This document shows positions 39,226 to 51,600 of a stretch of 64,000 nucleotides of DNA, piece after piece (within the stretch, counting starts at the first letter, position 1; each line of letters opens with the position of its first letter). The notes under the pieces are model-generated. The model was not told where the DNA came from and did no database searches. It saw only the letters and a list, made by a program, of their open reading frames with translations. This stretch comes from Chiloscyllium plagiosum. Taxonomy: Eukaryota. The position numbers and the translations under genes are program-made. The stretch spans positions 33,379,520-33,443,519 of the forward strand of contig NC_057719.1 in NCBI RefSeq assembly GCF_004010195.1. The letters run 5' to 3'.

Positions 39226-42200
39226 TTAGAACATAGAACATTACAGCGCAGTACAGGCCCTTCGGTCCTCAATGTTGTGCTGACCCGTGGAACTAATCTG
39301 AAGCCCATCTAACGTATACTATTCCATTCTCGTCCATATGTCTATCCAATGACCATTTGAATCCGCTTAAAGTTGGTGAGTCTACCACTGTTGCAGGTAG
39401 TGTGTTCCATGCCCCATTACTCTCTGAGTAAAGAAACTATCTCTGACATTTGTCCTATATCTATCACTCTTCAATTTAAAACTATGTCCCCCTGTGCTAG
39501 CCATCACCATCAGAGGAAAAATGCTCTTACTGTCCAACCTATCTAACCCTCTGATTATCTTATATGTCTCAATTAAGTAACCTCTCAACCTTCTTCTGTC
39601 TAACGAAAACTGCCTCAAGACCCTCAGCCTTCCCTTCATAACAGGCAACATCCTAGTAAATCTCCTCTGAACCCTTTCCAAAGCTTCCACATCCTTCCTA
39701 TAATGCAGTGACCAGAACTATACACAGTACTACAAATGTGGCTGCACCAGAGTTTTGTACAGCTGCAGCATGACCTCATGCTTCTAAAATTCAATTCCTC
39801 TACGATAAAAGCTAATACATCGTATGCCTTCTTAACAACCCTATCAACACGGGTGGCAACTTTCAAGGATCTATATACCTGGACACCGAGATCTCTCTGC
39901 TCATCTACATGACCAATAATCTTACCATTCGCCCAGTGCTCTGCATTCTTGTTTCTCCTTCCAAAGTGAATCACCTCACACTTTTCACATTAAACTCCAT
40001 TTGCCATCTCTCAGCCCAGCTCTGCAGCTTATCTATGTCTCTCTGTAACCTACAACATCCTTTGTCACTATTCACAATGCCACTGACCTTAGTGTCATCC
40101 GCAAGTTTACTAATCCATCCTTCCATGCTCTCATCCAGGTCATTTATAAAAATGATAAACAACAGTGGACCCAAAACAGATCCTTGCGGTACGCCAGTAG
40201 TAACTGAGCTCCAAGATGAACATTTCCCATCAATCATCATCCTCTGTCTTCTTTCAGCTAGCTAATTACTGACCCAAACTGCTAAATCATCCTTAATCCC
40301 ATGCCTCCATATTTTGTGCAATAGCCTACTGTGGGGAACCTTACCAAATGCCTTGCTAAAATCCATATATACCACATCGACCACTTTACCCTCACCCACC
40401 TGTTTGATCACCTTCTCAAAGAACTCAATAAGGTTTGTGAGGCACGTCCTACCCTTCACAAAACCATGTTGATTATCCCTAATCAACATTTTCCTTCTAG
40501 ATGATTATAAATCCTATCTCTTACAACCTTTCCCAGACATTTTACCAACAACAGAAGTAAGGCTCACTGCTCTATAACTTCCAGGGTTTTTTCTACTCCC
40601 CTTCTTGAAAAGGGAACAACATTTGCTATCCTCAAGTCTTCTGGCACTGTTCCTGTGACAATGATGACAAAGATCAAAGCCAAAGATCAGTAATCTCCTC
40701 CCTGGCTTCCCAGAAAATCCTAGGATAAATCCCAACCTGGCCCAAGCGATTTATCTATTTTTACACTTTCCAGAATTGCTAACACCTCCTCCTTGTGAAC
40801 CTCACTCCCATCTAGTCTAGTAGCCTGCATCTCAGTATTCTCCTCAACTACATTGTCTTTTTCTAGTGCGACAATTGATGCAAAGTATTCATTTAGCACT
40901 TCCCTTATCTCCTCCACCTCCAGGCACAACCTCCCACTACTATGCTTGGTTGGCCCTAATCTTACTCTAGTCATACTTTTATTCCTGATATACCTATAGA
41001 AAGCTTTAGGATTTTCCTTGATCCTATCCGCCAACGACTTCTCATGGTTCCCCACCGCCCCGGCTCTTCTTAGCTCTTTCTTTAGGTCTTTCCTGGCTAA
41101 GTTGTAACTCTCATACGCCCTAACTGAGCCATCACATCTCATCCTAACATAAGCCGCCTTCTTCCACTTGACAAGAGATTCAACTTCCTTAGTAAACCAT
41201 GGTTCCCTCGCTCAACCACTTCCTCCTTGTCTGACAGGTACATACATATCAAGGACATGCAGTAGGTGGTCCTTGAATAAGTCCCACATTTCAATTGTGC
41301 CGTTACCCTTCAGTTTCCTTCCCCATTCTATGCATCCTAAATCTTGCCTAATCGCATTGTATTTGCCTTTCCCCCAGCTGTAACATTTCCCCTTTCTATC
41401 ACTAAAGTAAGCATATCTGAACTGTGGTCACTATCACCAAAGTGCTCACGTACCTCCAACTTCCCAGTCAATATTTGGAAAGATAAGTTCTCCATAACAA
41501 TTACCCCATCATTCTCACTCCTATCAACGATCATTTTTGGTGGTCCTTGAATAAGTCCCACATTTCAATTGTGCCGTTACCCTTCAGTTTCCTTCCCCAT
41601 TCTATGCATCCTAAATCTTGCCTAATCGCATTGTATTTGCCTTTCCCCCAGCTGTAACATTTCCCCTTTCCATCACTAAAGTAAGCATAACTGGACTGTG
41701 GTCACTATCACCAAAGTGCTCACGTCCTTCCAACTTCCCAGTCAATATTTGGAAAGATAAGTTCTCCATAACAATTACCCCGTCATTCTCGCTCCTATCA
41801 ACGATCATCTTTGCTATCCTATCCTCTACATCTCTGGAACTATTTGGAGGCCTATAGAAAACTCACAAAAGGGTGACTTCTCCTTTTCTGTTTCTAATCT
41901 CAGCCCATACAACCTCAGTAGACTAGTCCTCAAACGTCCTTTCTGCAACCGTAATACTGTCCTTGACTAGCAATGCCACACCAGCCCCTCTTTTACCATT
42001 TTCTCTGTTCTTACTGAAACATCTAAATCCTGGAGCCTGCAATAACAATTCCTGTCCCTGCTCTACCCATGTCTCTGAAATGGCCACAACATTGAAATCT
42101 CAGGTAGCAACCCATGCTGCAAGTTCACACACTTCAAACCAACGTCTTGCTTGTAGTGCCTTCTTGTGATCTTGAAATCTTAGTTCTGACTTCATTACTC

Positions 42201-42360
42201 TCGATCTCCTGTATACTCAAACTGCAATTTCATTTCCCATCCCCCTGTTGAATTAGTTTAAAACCACCCATGGAGCATTAGCAAATTTTGTCCCCAGGAT
42301 ATTGATATCCCTCTGGTTCAGGTAAGACCCTCCTGTTTGTAGAGGCCCCAATTATCCAGG
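39226..42360 (-). mobile_element. CR1 LINE, near-complete ORF2, pseudogenised; same family as 15853-18815
   Basis: GVPQGSVLGPLLFIIFINDLD, KLADDTK, NQHGFVKGRTCLTNLIEFFE; same AGAACATAGAACATTACAGCG tail. Confidence 0.93.
41265..41812. repeat. Tandem duplication with a 274-bp period inside CR1
   Basis: GGTGGTCCTTGAATAAGTCCCAC starts at 41265 and again at 41539; duplicated peptides in the ORF track. Confidence 0.93.
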
Positions 42361-42486
42361 AAACTCTTCTTGCAAACTCTTAATCACTGAGAGATAGTAG
42401 ATCATTGCATTGTCTATCTAAATGTAGGTTGAGAGATGTTGGATAATATCTCACTGAATTCCTAAAAGCTGGTTTAGGTAAAAGAA

Positions 42487-42763
42487 GATTAGATTACTTT
42501 CAGTGTGGAAACAGGCCCTTCGGCCCAACACCGACCCCCGAAACGTAACCCATCCAGACCCATTCTCCTACATTTACCCCTTCACCTAACACTACGGGCA
42601 ATTTAGCATGGCCAATCCACCTAACCTACACATTTTTGGACTGTGGGAGGAAACCGGAGCACCCGGAGGAAACCCACGCAGACACGGGGAGAATGTGCAA
42701 ACTCCACACAGAGGGTCACCTGAGGCGGGAATTGAACCCGGGTCTCTGGCGCTGTGAGGCAGC
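42487..42763 (-). mobile_element. tRNA-derived SINE (HE1/V-SINE type), slightly 5'-truncated
   Basis: Reverse complement of the 7137-7440 family; AGATT tail. Confidence 0.9.
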
Positions 42764-43871
42764 AGATAATCCATAGTGACTTGAAAATCAGTTCTAGGTG
42801 CAGCTAAAGTACCTCAAAATTGGGAATTTTATTTGGGGAGAACATTATTGAATAATATAATTGATTAAAAAGCTTGACAGTTTGTCATTCTTAAACTAAC
42901 CCAACATTTGCACCTTTATTCTGTTTCAAATATCTGTGTCTTTATGCTTGCACAAAAAATATTGCTTCAGGTCAGTCATATAGATTGCTTTGAAGAATTA
43001 ACTTATTCACCATTATTAGGTTCTTTCATTGTTCATGGAAAAATATAGCTGAATAAACAGAAACTATTATGAACAATGAGCCTACAGAAAAAATTCAAAC
43101 GTGATAATGAAATTGATTCATGAATTAATTCCTTGAATTCACTAAACATGACTCTGTGTGTGAGAAATGCCTCACAAACTTGCTTGAGTTTTTTTGAAGA
43201 AGTAACAAAGAAGATTGATGAGGTCAGATCAGTAGATGTGATCTATATTGACTTCAGTAAGGCATTTGATAAGGTTCCGCATGGGAGGCTGGTTAGCAAA
43301 GTTAGATCTCATGGAATACAGGGAGAACTAGCCATTTGGATACAGAACTGGCTCAAAAGGTAAAAGACAGAGGGTGGAGGTGGTGGAGGGCTGTTTTTCA
43401 GACTAAAGGCCTGTGATCAGTGGAGTGCCCCAAGGATTGGTTCTGGGTTCACTACTTTTCATCATTTATGCTTACATCCAAGTCATTCATATAAGAGGTA
43501 TAGTTAGTAAGTTTGCAGATGACACCAAAATTAGAGGTGTAGCGGACAATGAAGAAGGCTACCTTGGATTACAATGGGATCTTCGTATGCTTTCTTTTAT
43601 TGGTCAGAGTGTTGAGTACAGGAGTTGGGAGGTCATGTTGCAGCTGTACAGGACATTGATTAGGCCACTGTTGGAATATTGTGCGCAAATCTGGTCTCCT
43701 TCCTATCAGAAAGATGTTGTGAAACTTAAAAAGGTTTAGAAAAGGTTTACAATAATCTTGCCAGCATTGGAGGATTTGAGCTATAGGGAGAGGCTGAACA
43801 GGCTAGGGCCATTTTCCTGGAGCATTAGAGGCGGAGGGGTGACCTTATTGAGGTTTATAAAATCTTTTTTT

Positions 43872-44191
43872 TAGATTAGATTACTTACAGTGTGGAAACA
43901 GGCCCTTCGGCCCAACAAGTCCACACCGACCCTCCGAAGAGCAACCCATCCAGACCCATTCCCCTGCATTTACCTCTTCATCTAGCACTACGGGCAATTT
44001 AGCATGGCCAATTCACCTAAGCTGCACATTTTTTCAGGCTGTGGGAGGAAACCAGAGCACCCGGGGGAAACCCACACAGACATGGGGAGAATGTGCAAAC
44101 TCCACACAGACAGTCGTCTGAGGCGGGAATTGAACCCAGGTCTCTGGCGCTGTGAGGCACCAGTGCTAACCACTGTGCCACCGTGCCGCCC
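43872..44191 (-). mobile_element. tRNA-derived SINE (HE1/V-SINE type) nested in CR1
   Basis: Full head (reverse complement of GGGCGGCACGGTGGCACAGTGGTTAGCAC) and AGATT tail. Confidence 0.92.
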
Positions 44192-44479
44192 AAAGAGGGG
44201 CATAGGTAGCGTAAATAGACCAGGTATTTTCCCGGAGGTGGGTGAGTCCAGAACTAGAATGCATAGGTTGGGGGGGGTTTAGGGTGGAGATATGATAGAG
44301 ACCTAAGGGGCAACCTTTTCACGCAGAGGGTGGTGTGTGTGTGGAATGGGCTGGAGGCTAGTACAATTGCAACATTTAAAAAGGCATCTGGATGGGTATA
44401 TAAATAGGAAGGGTTGGAGAGATATGGGCCGGGTGCTGGCAGGTGGGACTACATTGGATGGGATAGAGTCATGGATGAG

Positions 44480-44592
44480 GAAGGGCTTATGCCCCCACAT
44501 TCCTGAAGAAGGGCTTATGCCCGAAACGTTGATTCTCCTGCTCCTTGGATGCTGCCTGACCTGCTACGCTTTTCCAGCAACACATTTTCAGC
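44480..44592 (+). mobile_element. Penelope-terminus mini-element with hammerhead motif, inserted in the CR1 3' end
   Basis: 16-bp TSD TAGAGTCATGGATGAG at 44464-44479 and 44593-44608; core ATTC CTGAAGA A GGGC TTAT GCCC GAAA CGTT. Confidence 0.88.
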
Positions 44593-44959
44593 TAGAGTCA
44601 TGGATGAGTTTGACTGAAGGGTCCATTTCCGCGCTTACATCTCTATGACTCTAAATAGAAATTGATGAAACCTCAAGGATTGGACATTCAAATAGGTCTG
44701 CCCTTTTAACAACATAACAATTAAAGTTGGTATCTGTATATAATTTATTTAATCATGTCCTTTTCCCATATGTAACACATACTAGTGGATCTATGAAACT
44801 TGAAGAGTACACATACTATCAGGAAATATATATTGATAAATTTACTGCTTAGACTTAATCTTATTGAAAACAAAAGTAACTTGCCTCAAGATGTGACTGT
44901 AAATGTTTTTGAGCAAAGACATTGCAACCTAAAATGTTACAACCTCTCTTTCTAATGCT

Positions 44960-45535
44960 TTCACACAAAAACCAAGACTGATGCTCCAGTGCTGTCCTGA
45001 GGGAATCTGCACCCCTGAAGGTGGCATCTTTCAGAGGATGTTTTTGGTTGCTCAGATGAATGCAAAGGATCACATGGAAGTATTTTGTGAAAGAACAGAA
45101 GTTATCCATGGGGTCCTAGCCAATATTTAGGGCTAATTCAGCTTCAAAAAGGCAGATTAGCTTGTCATTCACATTGCAATTGAAATAACTCCACAGAGGC
45201 CACCTGGTTAACTGTTATTTACACATGGAGAGTTCTTGACACAGATCTAGCTCTCAGAGTGAACAGAGCCTCTAACACTCCTTATATGTCTGTCAGCCAG
45301 GGTTCCCTGATTGGGGCTGTTAATGTTGTTCAATCAGTGAACTCACATTCTATGAGGTCCACCTGGCTGACCTTGTTACATTCACTACAGCTACCTTCGG
45401 CAGTTTGCTATGTGCAAATTGGTTGCCACATTGCATACATTACAACATGATGATACTTCAAAAGTACTTTATTGGCTGGAAGGTATGTCCAGTAGTTGTG
45501 AAAATTTTAACATGAATGCAAATCTTTCTTTTCTG
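44960..45535 (+). mobile_element. Old Deu-domain SINE (SacSINE1/AmnSINE1-like), interrupted at 45181-45389
   Basis: CTCCAGTGCTGTCCTGAGGGA..GTCCTAGCCAATATTT..TGTGCAAATTGG..CTTCAAAAGTACTTTATTGGCTG..ATGCAAATCTTTCTT, recalled as similar to the DeuSINE consensus. Confidence 0.6.
45181..45389. mobile_element. Probable solo LTR
   Basis: 209-bp insert with TG...CA ends (TGAAATAA..TTCACTACA) that splits a SINE; flanks GCAAT and GCTAC may be a decayed 5-bp TSD. Confidence 0.5.
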
Positions 45536-46423
45536 TTATATTTCATGAGACTGCTGCTGCACACGTTGGGGAGTGCAGCTCAGAACCCAGGCCATCAAGG
45601 CCCAGGACTGCTCCAGGTTAACATACAAAGATCGGCTGCATTCTCATGTGAAAACCACCAGACATCCACTGGCCATGCTGCAGCTACTGGGGGAGAACTG
45701 CATACCAGCACTAGGTCAGGAAAAGGTACCCACAAAACAGACACTAGGGCAATGCAAGAAGCTAAATAATTTGTTTTTTAATGTTTTGTGAAAAGTACTT
45801 TTGAATAAAGTTTTTTTTGTTGTTAGTGGTGCCTTTAGTCTCAGGATTTCGACAAGGAGATGACAGTGATGATCCTTTCAACATTGCAGAAAATAACAGG
45901 ATGGCATCTTAGGGGAATTGGTATTGAAGAGGTAGCTTGCATCAATCTTTATCATTTGATAATAGTCACATCCAGAATTGCGGTACCTCAGGAAAATGGA
46001 GTGAAGGAGGAACACATGATAATTACAGTCATTGGAGAAGTGAGACTGAGCAAATTATTGAATCTAGGAGCTGACAAATACAAGGTCTCAATGGACTTCA
46101 TCCTTATTGTCTTAAGAGAAGTAGATACTTCGATAGTTGACGCATTCGCTTTGAATTTTTAATGTTCCCTCAATGTTGGCAAGATTTATTAGATGGACAT
46201 TAGCAAATGTAACTCTTTTATTCAAAGAGGATGGGAGACAGGAAACAATAATTTACAGGACAGTTTGCTTAATATTTGCCAAAGGAAAATGTTAGAAACT
46301 TTTAAAAGTTCAAGGTAATCATTGAACATGGTTTGGGAAAGGGAAATCATATTTAACCAATTTAATAAAGTACTTCAAAAAGTGTCATGCACTGTTTAAA
46401 AAAAGGAAAACAGTGGATAAATT

Positions 46424-46558
46424 TGACAAAGGGTCAGTTAGACTCAAAATGTCAGCTCTTTTCTCTCCTTACAGGTGCTGTCAGACTTGCTGAGATTTTC
46501 CAACATTTTCTCTTTTTTGGTTTCAGATTCCAGCATCTGCAGTAATTTGCTTTTATCT
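46424..46558 (+). mobile_element. Older solo Penelope-terminus mini-element inside a decayed CR1 (~45900-47070)
   Basis: TTGACAAAGGGTCAGTTAGACTCAAAATGTC degenerate core and CAGCATCTGCAG tail; flanking AGTGGATRAATT at 46412-46423 and 46559-46570. Confidence 0.7.
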
Positions 46559-46846
46559 AGTGGATGAATTGTGTTTAGATCTCCAGAAGTCATTTTATAA
46601 GATGCCACTTCAAAGGTTCTTGCAGAAAATAAAAGCCCACATTGTAGGTGGGTAACATGTTGGTAAGGATATAAGATGTGCTAGCTAAGAGGAAACTGAG
46701 AAAAAGTATAAAGGAGTGATTTTTCTATATGAGAAGAAGCCAGTGTTGCAAAATTTACTGATGACACAAAAAACATTAGGAAAGTAAGTTGTAAAAGAGA
46801 ACATAAGCAGCATGCAAAGGAATAGAAATAAGTCAGGGATAGAAAT

Positions 46847-47019
46847 AGGCGAAAGTGAGGACTGCAGATGCTGGATATTAGAGTCAAGATTAGAGTGGTG
46901 CTGGAAAAGTGCAGCAGGTCAGGCAGCATCCGAGGAGCAGGAAAATCGACTTTTCGGGCAGGAGCTCCTCGGATGCTGCCTGACCTGCTATGCTTTTCCA
47001 GCACCACTCTCATCTTGAC
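46847..47019. mobile_element. Palindromic Penelope-terminus mini-element
   Basis: Inverted arms GTCAAGAT..GGCAGCATCCGAGGAGC and GCTCCTCGGATGCTGCC..ATCTTGAC; flanks AGGGATAGAAAT and AGGGATGGAGAT. Confidence 0.8.
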
Positions 47020-47074
47020 AGGGATGGAGATAGGTTAGGTGAGTGGACAAAAATCTGACAAATGGAGCACTTTT

Positions 47075-47405
47075 TAAAATTAATTCATGGGATGAGGACA
47101 TTGCTGACTAGACAGCATTTATTGCACATCCTTAATTGCCCAGAGGGCAGTTAAGAGTCAATCACATTACTGTGGGTCTGGAGTCAGATGTCGGCAGGTA
47201 AGGATGGTAGTTACTTTCCCTCAAGGCCCTTAGTGAACCAGATGGGTTTTTCCCGACAGTTGGCAATGGATTTGTGGTCATCGTTAGATTCTTAATTCCA
47301 GATATTCATTGAATTCAAATTCCACAATCTGCCATGGCGGGATTTGAACCTGTGTCCCCAGAATGTTATCTTGGTCTCTGGATTAACAGTTCCAGTGATA
47401 ATAAT
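47075..47405 (-). mobile_element. tRNA-derived SINE, second family
   Basis: B-box-like GGTTCAAATCC on the minus strand (~47340-47350) and CATCCCATGAAT..AAAA tail. Confidence 0.7.
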
Positions 47406-48452
47406 CTTTTAATCAATTAGTAAAACCATTTGTGCAGAATTCATTTATGCTTTACTTATGAAAATGAAAAATAAAACATTAAAAGCAATTTTTTGAACTC
47501 TGGCAGCCATTTTAAATGTGCATGAACAGGTCAACAGGGGGTTGAGTGATTTTGCTCGGTTTGTTTTTATTAATTCCAAATTATATTCTGAAAAGAGATA
47601 TCAATGCCCAGTTTGAAAACATATGATGAAGTAACAACATTATAAACCCTAAAATACTTGCATGATGGAGCTGTGGAATACTGTTGAAATTAATACAAAA
47701 CAAAATATAGGTATTTACCGACAGCTTTCTCTCAAAGCTAAATGAAAACATATTTATAATGAAGAATTCCAGGAACAATGTGATTAGTTGTTAAAGAGTG
47801 TTATAGTGATGCATACAACACACAGGGTGCTGTAGTATCAGCAGACTTGCTAATCTCTTGAAAGGATAAATGCTGAGGAAGTGTGGAATGTTGACTTTTC
47901 AGAACAGGCCTCAGAGAAAATGGTCATAATAATGGGCATCAGTCAAGTTGCTATTTTCCAGAGTGCAGGGAGCTCCATTGCTCAGAATTACAGTAGCCCC
48001 ACTAACTTTATTTCTGCATTGTTCTGCTTTGATTACCATTTCTTGAGGACAAGCTAAGATCCATTTTCAAGACACATGCAACTTCTGTTTTAAATTAGCA
48101 CAAAAACCAAAAAGTGGCTATGTGCAGTCCTGCCATTCCCAGTTAATAAACATGCTCACAACAAACCTTCTGCATGACAAAATGGTACAATTTTCAGATA
48201 TAGTGGTTTCACTTGATGAGCAGTCAATTCAGGAAAGGTTTTCCTGATGGCTTCCCCCCACTCTCCATTCCCATTCCCTTGCTCTGTTTGAACCTTTGGT
48301 TTAATTATGTTACCAACCCTGAATACATCAATACTGTCCTCAGTCTGGACCCCTCCACTGACAGGGGTTTGGCTAGTTGTATATTTTATTTTGCTCATAG
48401 GAAATGCATAATAATTTCAGGTGCAATTGCTATATTTATATATTGTTATCCA

Positions 48453-48665
48453 GGAGACTGGTTAGCTCAGTTGGGGTTGCAATATGGAGTGACGCCAACA
48501 GTGTGGGCTCAATTCCCATAGCATCTGAGTTATTGATGAAGGACTTTCCTTCAACCTCTCCTCTCAATTGAGGCACAGTGACCCTCAGGTTAAACCGCCA
48601 CTAGTCATTTCTCTATGACGAAAGAGTAGCTTTATGGTCCTCAGGGACTATTGCAACTTTTATCT
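48453..48665 (+). mobile_element. tRNA-derived SINE, third family
   Basis: A-box-like TAGCTCAGTTGG and B-box-like GGCTCAATTCC, followed by a non-tRNA body. Confidence 0.5.
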
Positions 48666-51600
48666 TTAGATTGTTCTCTCAAATAAATTGTTCATTTGCT
48701 CAGTTATTTGTTTTTATTTCTCATTTGTTGAGAATAGCAGAATTCAAAATATCATTACTAAAAGTATTAGGCCATGATGGGAAAAAGATCTTCTGGAGAT
48801 GGAATTGGAAAGTAGGGCTATCAAGGTAATAAGAATAACCTGCCTTCGAAGATTTCACTCTGCATTCTGCTCTATTACATGCTCATTTTGCATTATCATG
48901 CATAAAGTGGTGGAAAACTAAAACACTCGTCACTTCGTTTTCCTTTTATGTCCAGCTTTTCATTTGTCAACTTTCAATGTTTTTGGGATTATACATCCAT
49001 TTTCTCACAAATGTTTGACATTGATACCACTGCCTTATAGTTGGATTTTACAAACAGGTCGGTTCCAAGCATAATTTCCTCAGAGGAGAGGAAATTGTAG
49101 GACATTATTTGCCACTGACCTCATGCAACTGAAGAAAGACAAGGGCAAGGAGAAGCTCACTTACCTGCCTTTCAAGTTTCTCTGTAGTGGCAAGCTTTTA
49201 AACATTTGAAGGAAAAGCCCTGAGGAGTGACAGCAGTGTTTTTTTTTAAAAGACAGAATTGCTACTAATTAAATCTGTGAAGGTTCATCTGCACTTTATG
49301 GACTGTTGTGTTTTATTAGGTGCTCTGTCTTTCATTGCATTTGGCAAAAAAACTCTTAAAGAGGTTGAGCTCCATTACTTCTCATCTACAATGTTGTAAG
49401 ACATTTATAGGCAAAAAGACAGAGATCCATCAGTTCAATCCATCTTTTAAATTCTCTTTTCTGTGTCTTGGTGGCTGTCAAGATTTACCAATGGCAAGTT
49501 TCAAGATTTTAGAATAATCTGGATGACACCTAGGGATTTATCACTCCCCACACAGTGCCCGCCCCCACCACCCATTCCTATCCCCTGATAATATGTAACA
49601 CAGTGAGCAAAAGGACCAGGAAAAAAAATTGCATAGAAGTGAAAGAAATTACAGCTCATCTAATTTCATAAGATACTATAAATGCTAGTTTAGCAAAAGG
49701 AAATTAAAAATCTGATTAGCATTTGTATTGTAATATTTTTTCAAAAATATTATGTTATATGTTTAGCGTATAAAACTTTATTAAAAAGGCTGAAAATATA
49801 ATCTATTCACATTCAATGCATTGCTTACTAACTTCACTTGGAATCAGTCCCACAGTGCCACTACAACACAACAAGCTATTAATTCAGCTCTGCAGTTTGG
49901 ATGTAGCTAATGACAGAGCTATGGCAATGTGAAGCGGTCAAGATAATGACAACTGTGAGAAGAGTTTCTACTGGAATGAACTGATCTTTTTGCAGGCCAA
50001 CTTATCAATATCAGCCCAACCAACATTAATGAACAAGAATTATGAGCATAAATTTGATTGTCCAAAATCGAGTAGGCTAGTTTAAAATTATCTTGCAGCT
50101 GGCCCAGCAGACAAAACTGGCGACATTTCCATCTCAATTGAACCACAACTGGAAGCTTCAATGAGGACTGTAAAATCAAGTTGTTCTTTTCAGTCACAAG
50201 AATATTAATACATACCTTTTAAAAGATTTCATTTAGTAAGGAACTCACTATTGCATGCCACTGAAATGAGTAATTGGTTCTGCATAGTTTTTTGGAAATA
50301 TCTACTGTTATTTAAAATCAGATTACTTACATGCAGCAAACTGTACACTGATAAAAAAAATGTTTTTTTGTCCCATTAACTTACATGCAGTTATAGTACC
50401 TAAACTACATCAACTTACTACTCAAACATATCCAGAAATATTGATATTATGCAATTTTTTCATGAAGCTGAAATACTGTTTACAAATGTCCATAGAAGTT
50501 TTTTATACAGCAACATGTACATACGTTACCGAAATATAAACAGAAATTTCTGAAAGCTCGCACAATCTGGAGCATAATTTATCCTTTGATTATCAATTAT
50601 ACACAAAACAAAAATTCTTGACCACCGTGTTTAATTTGCATGGATCTAATTTTATACTAGGTCACAGTGTCTGCTAAGCTATGAAGGAATGAATTTGCTT
50701 ATTTACTTCCAAATTAATATCTATTTCAATCATGGAACATCCTAGATTGGAAAAGTATTGGAATTGTTACTTTATTTCCTGAACCCCAGCCTGTTAAGTG
50801 TGAATATTGAATTCTGAGTCACAACATATGCAAGATTGCTATCTAAATACAGAAACAATAGTCTGAATTTATCCTATTTGTTTTGGGTGCAACTTCAGAA
50901 GCTTAAGGTAAATCACTTGATTTTCCTACAGTCACTAACCCAAGCCTTTCTAGAACCAATCATTGAACAAGATGCATGATCTTTGAAAAATCATTTGACT
51001 TGAACTTGGATAATGTCTGTGAAAATATATGCACTCTATCTGAAATTAGGTTCTTGGCTCATTGTGCTCTGGTACTTTGAGCCATTACTATGTCAATGAC
51101 AGATTTTACTGGTTTTTTACTCTCAGTGGCAGGATGAGGAGGCAGGTCCACAGCTGGAATTGCAATTACATCCATGTTGTTGGCATTAATCTAAGCCTTA
51201 TGCCTGCCACCAATCTGCCTGATCTACCTGACCTCCCAGCCTTATGATTATGAAAAGAAATGGCAGTACAAAATTATTTTTCATGTCACTTTTATTTTCC
51301 CATCTCAAAGCATGTAAAGACAAAGTTATCAAAATTCCCATTATAAGGACCATAATAACCTTGCTTCAAAATAACTTGCAGTTCCTTGGTCAAACGATCA
51401 ATAGCACTCATATTGATTCAAGTCAGTGGCAACTGTAAAAAAGATTACACATTCCTTGTTATAGCAATGGCCATAACATTGGATCAATTCCTGCTCTTTT
51501 AAATTCATTTAGCTTTGTCCCGTCTTACAATAGGATGACGATGGCTCCTGAGTTACGACTGTCATGACTGTTCTACATTCAGCAATTCTTCAGGCTCAAC

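Larger units (their letters stand above)
43160..44655 (+). mobile_element. CR1 LINE 3' portion with an internal deletion, a nested SINE and a mini-element
   Basis: DVIYIDFSKAFDKVPHGRL, GVPQGLVLG, KFADDTK; CTCTATGACTCTA tail. Confidence 0.9.

Noticed and set aside
49165..49205. Coding first exon of MDGA2 (ATG TTT AAA..GGC AG|GTAAGT)
   Set aside because: It ends in phase 2 while the next exon needs phase 1, the phase-1 frame has a stop, and there is no signal-peptide character.
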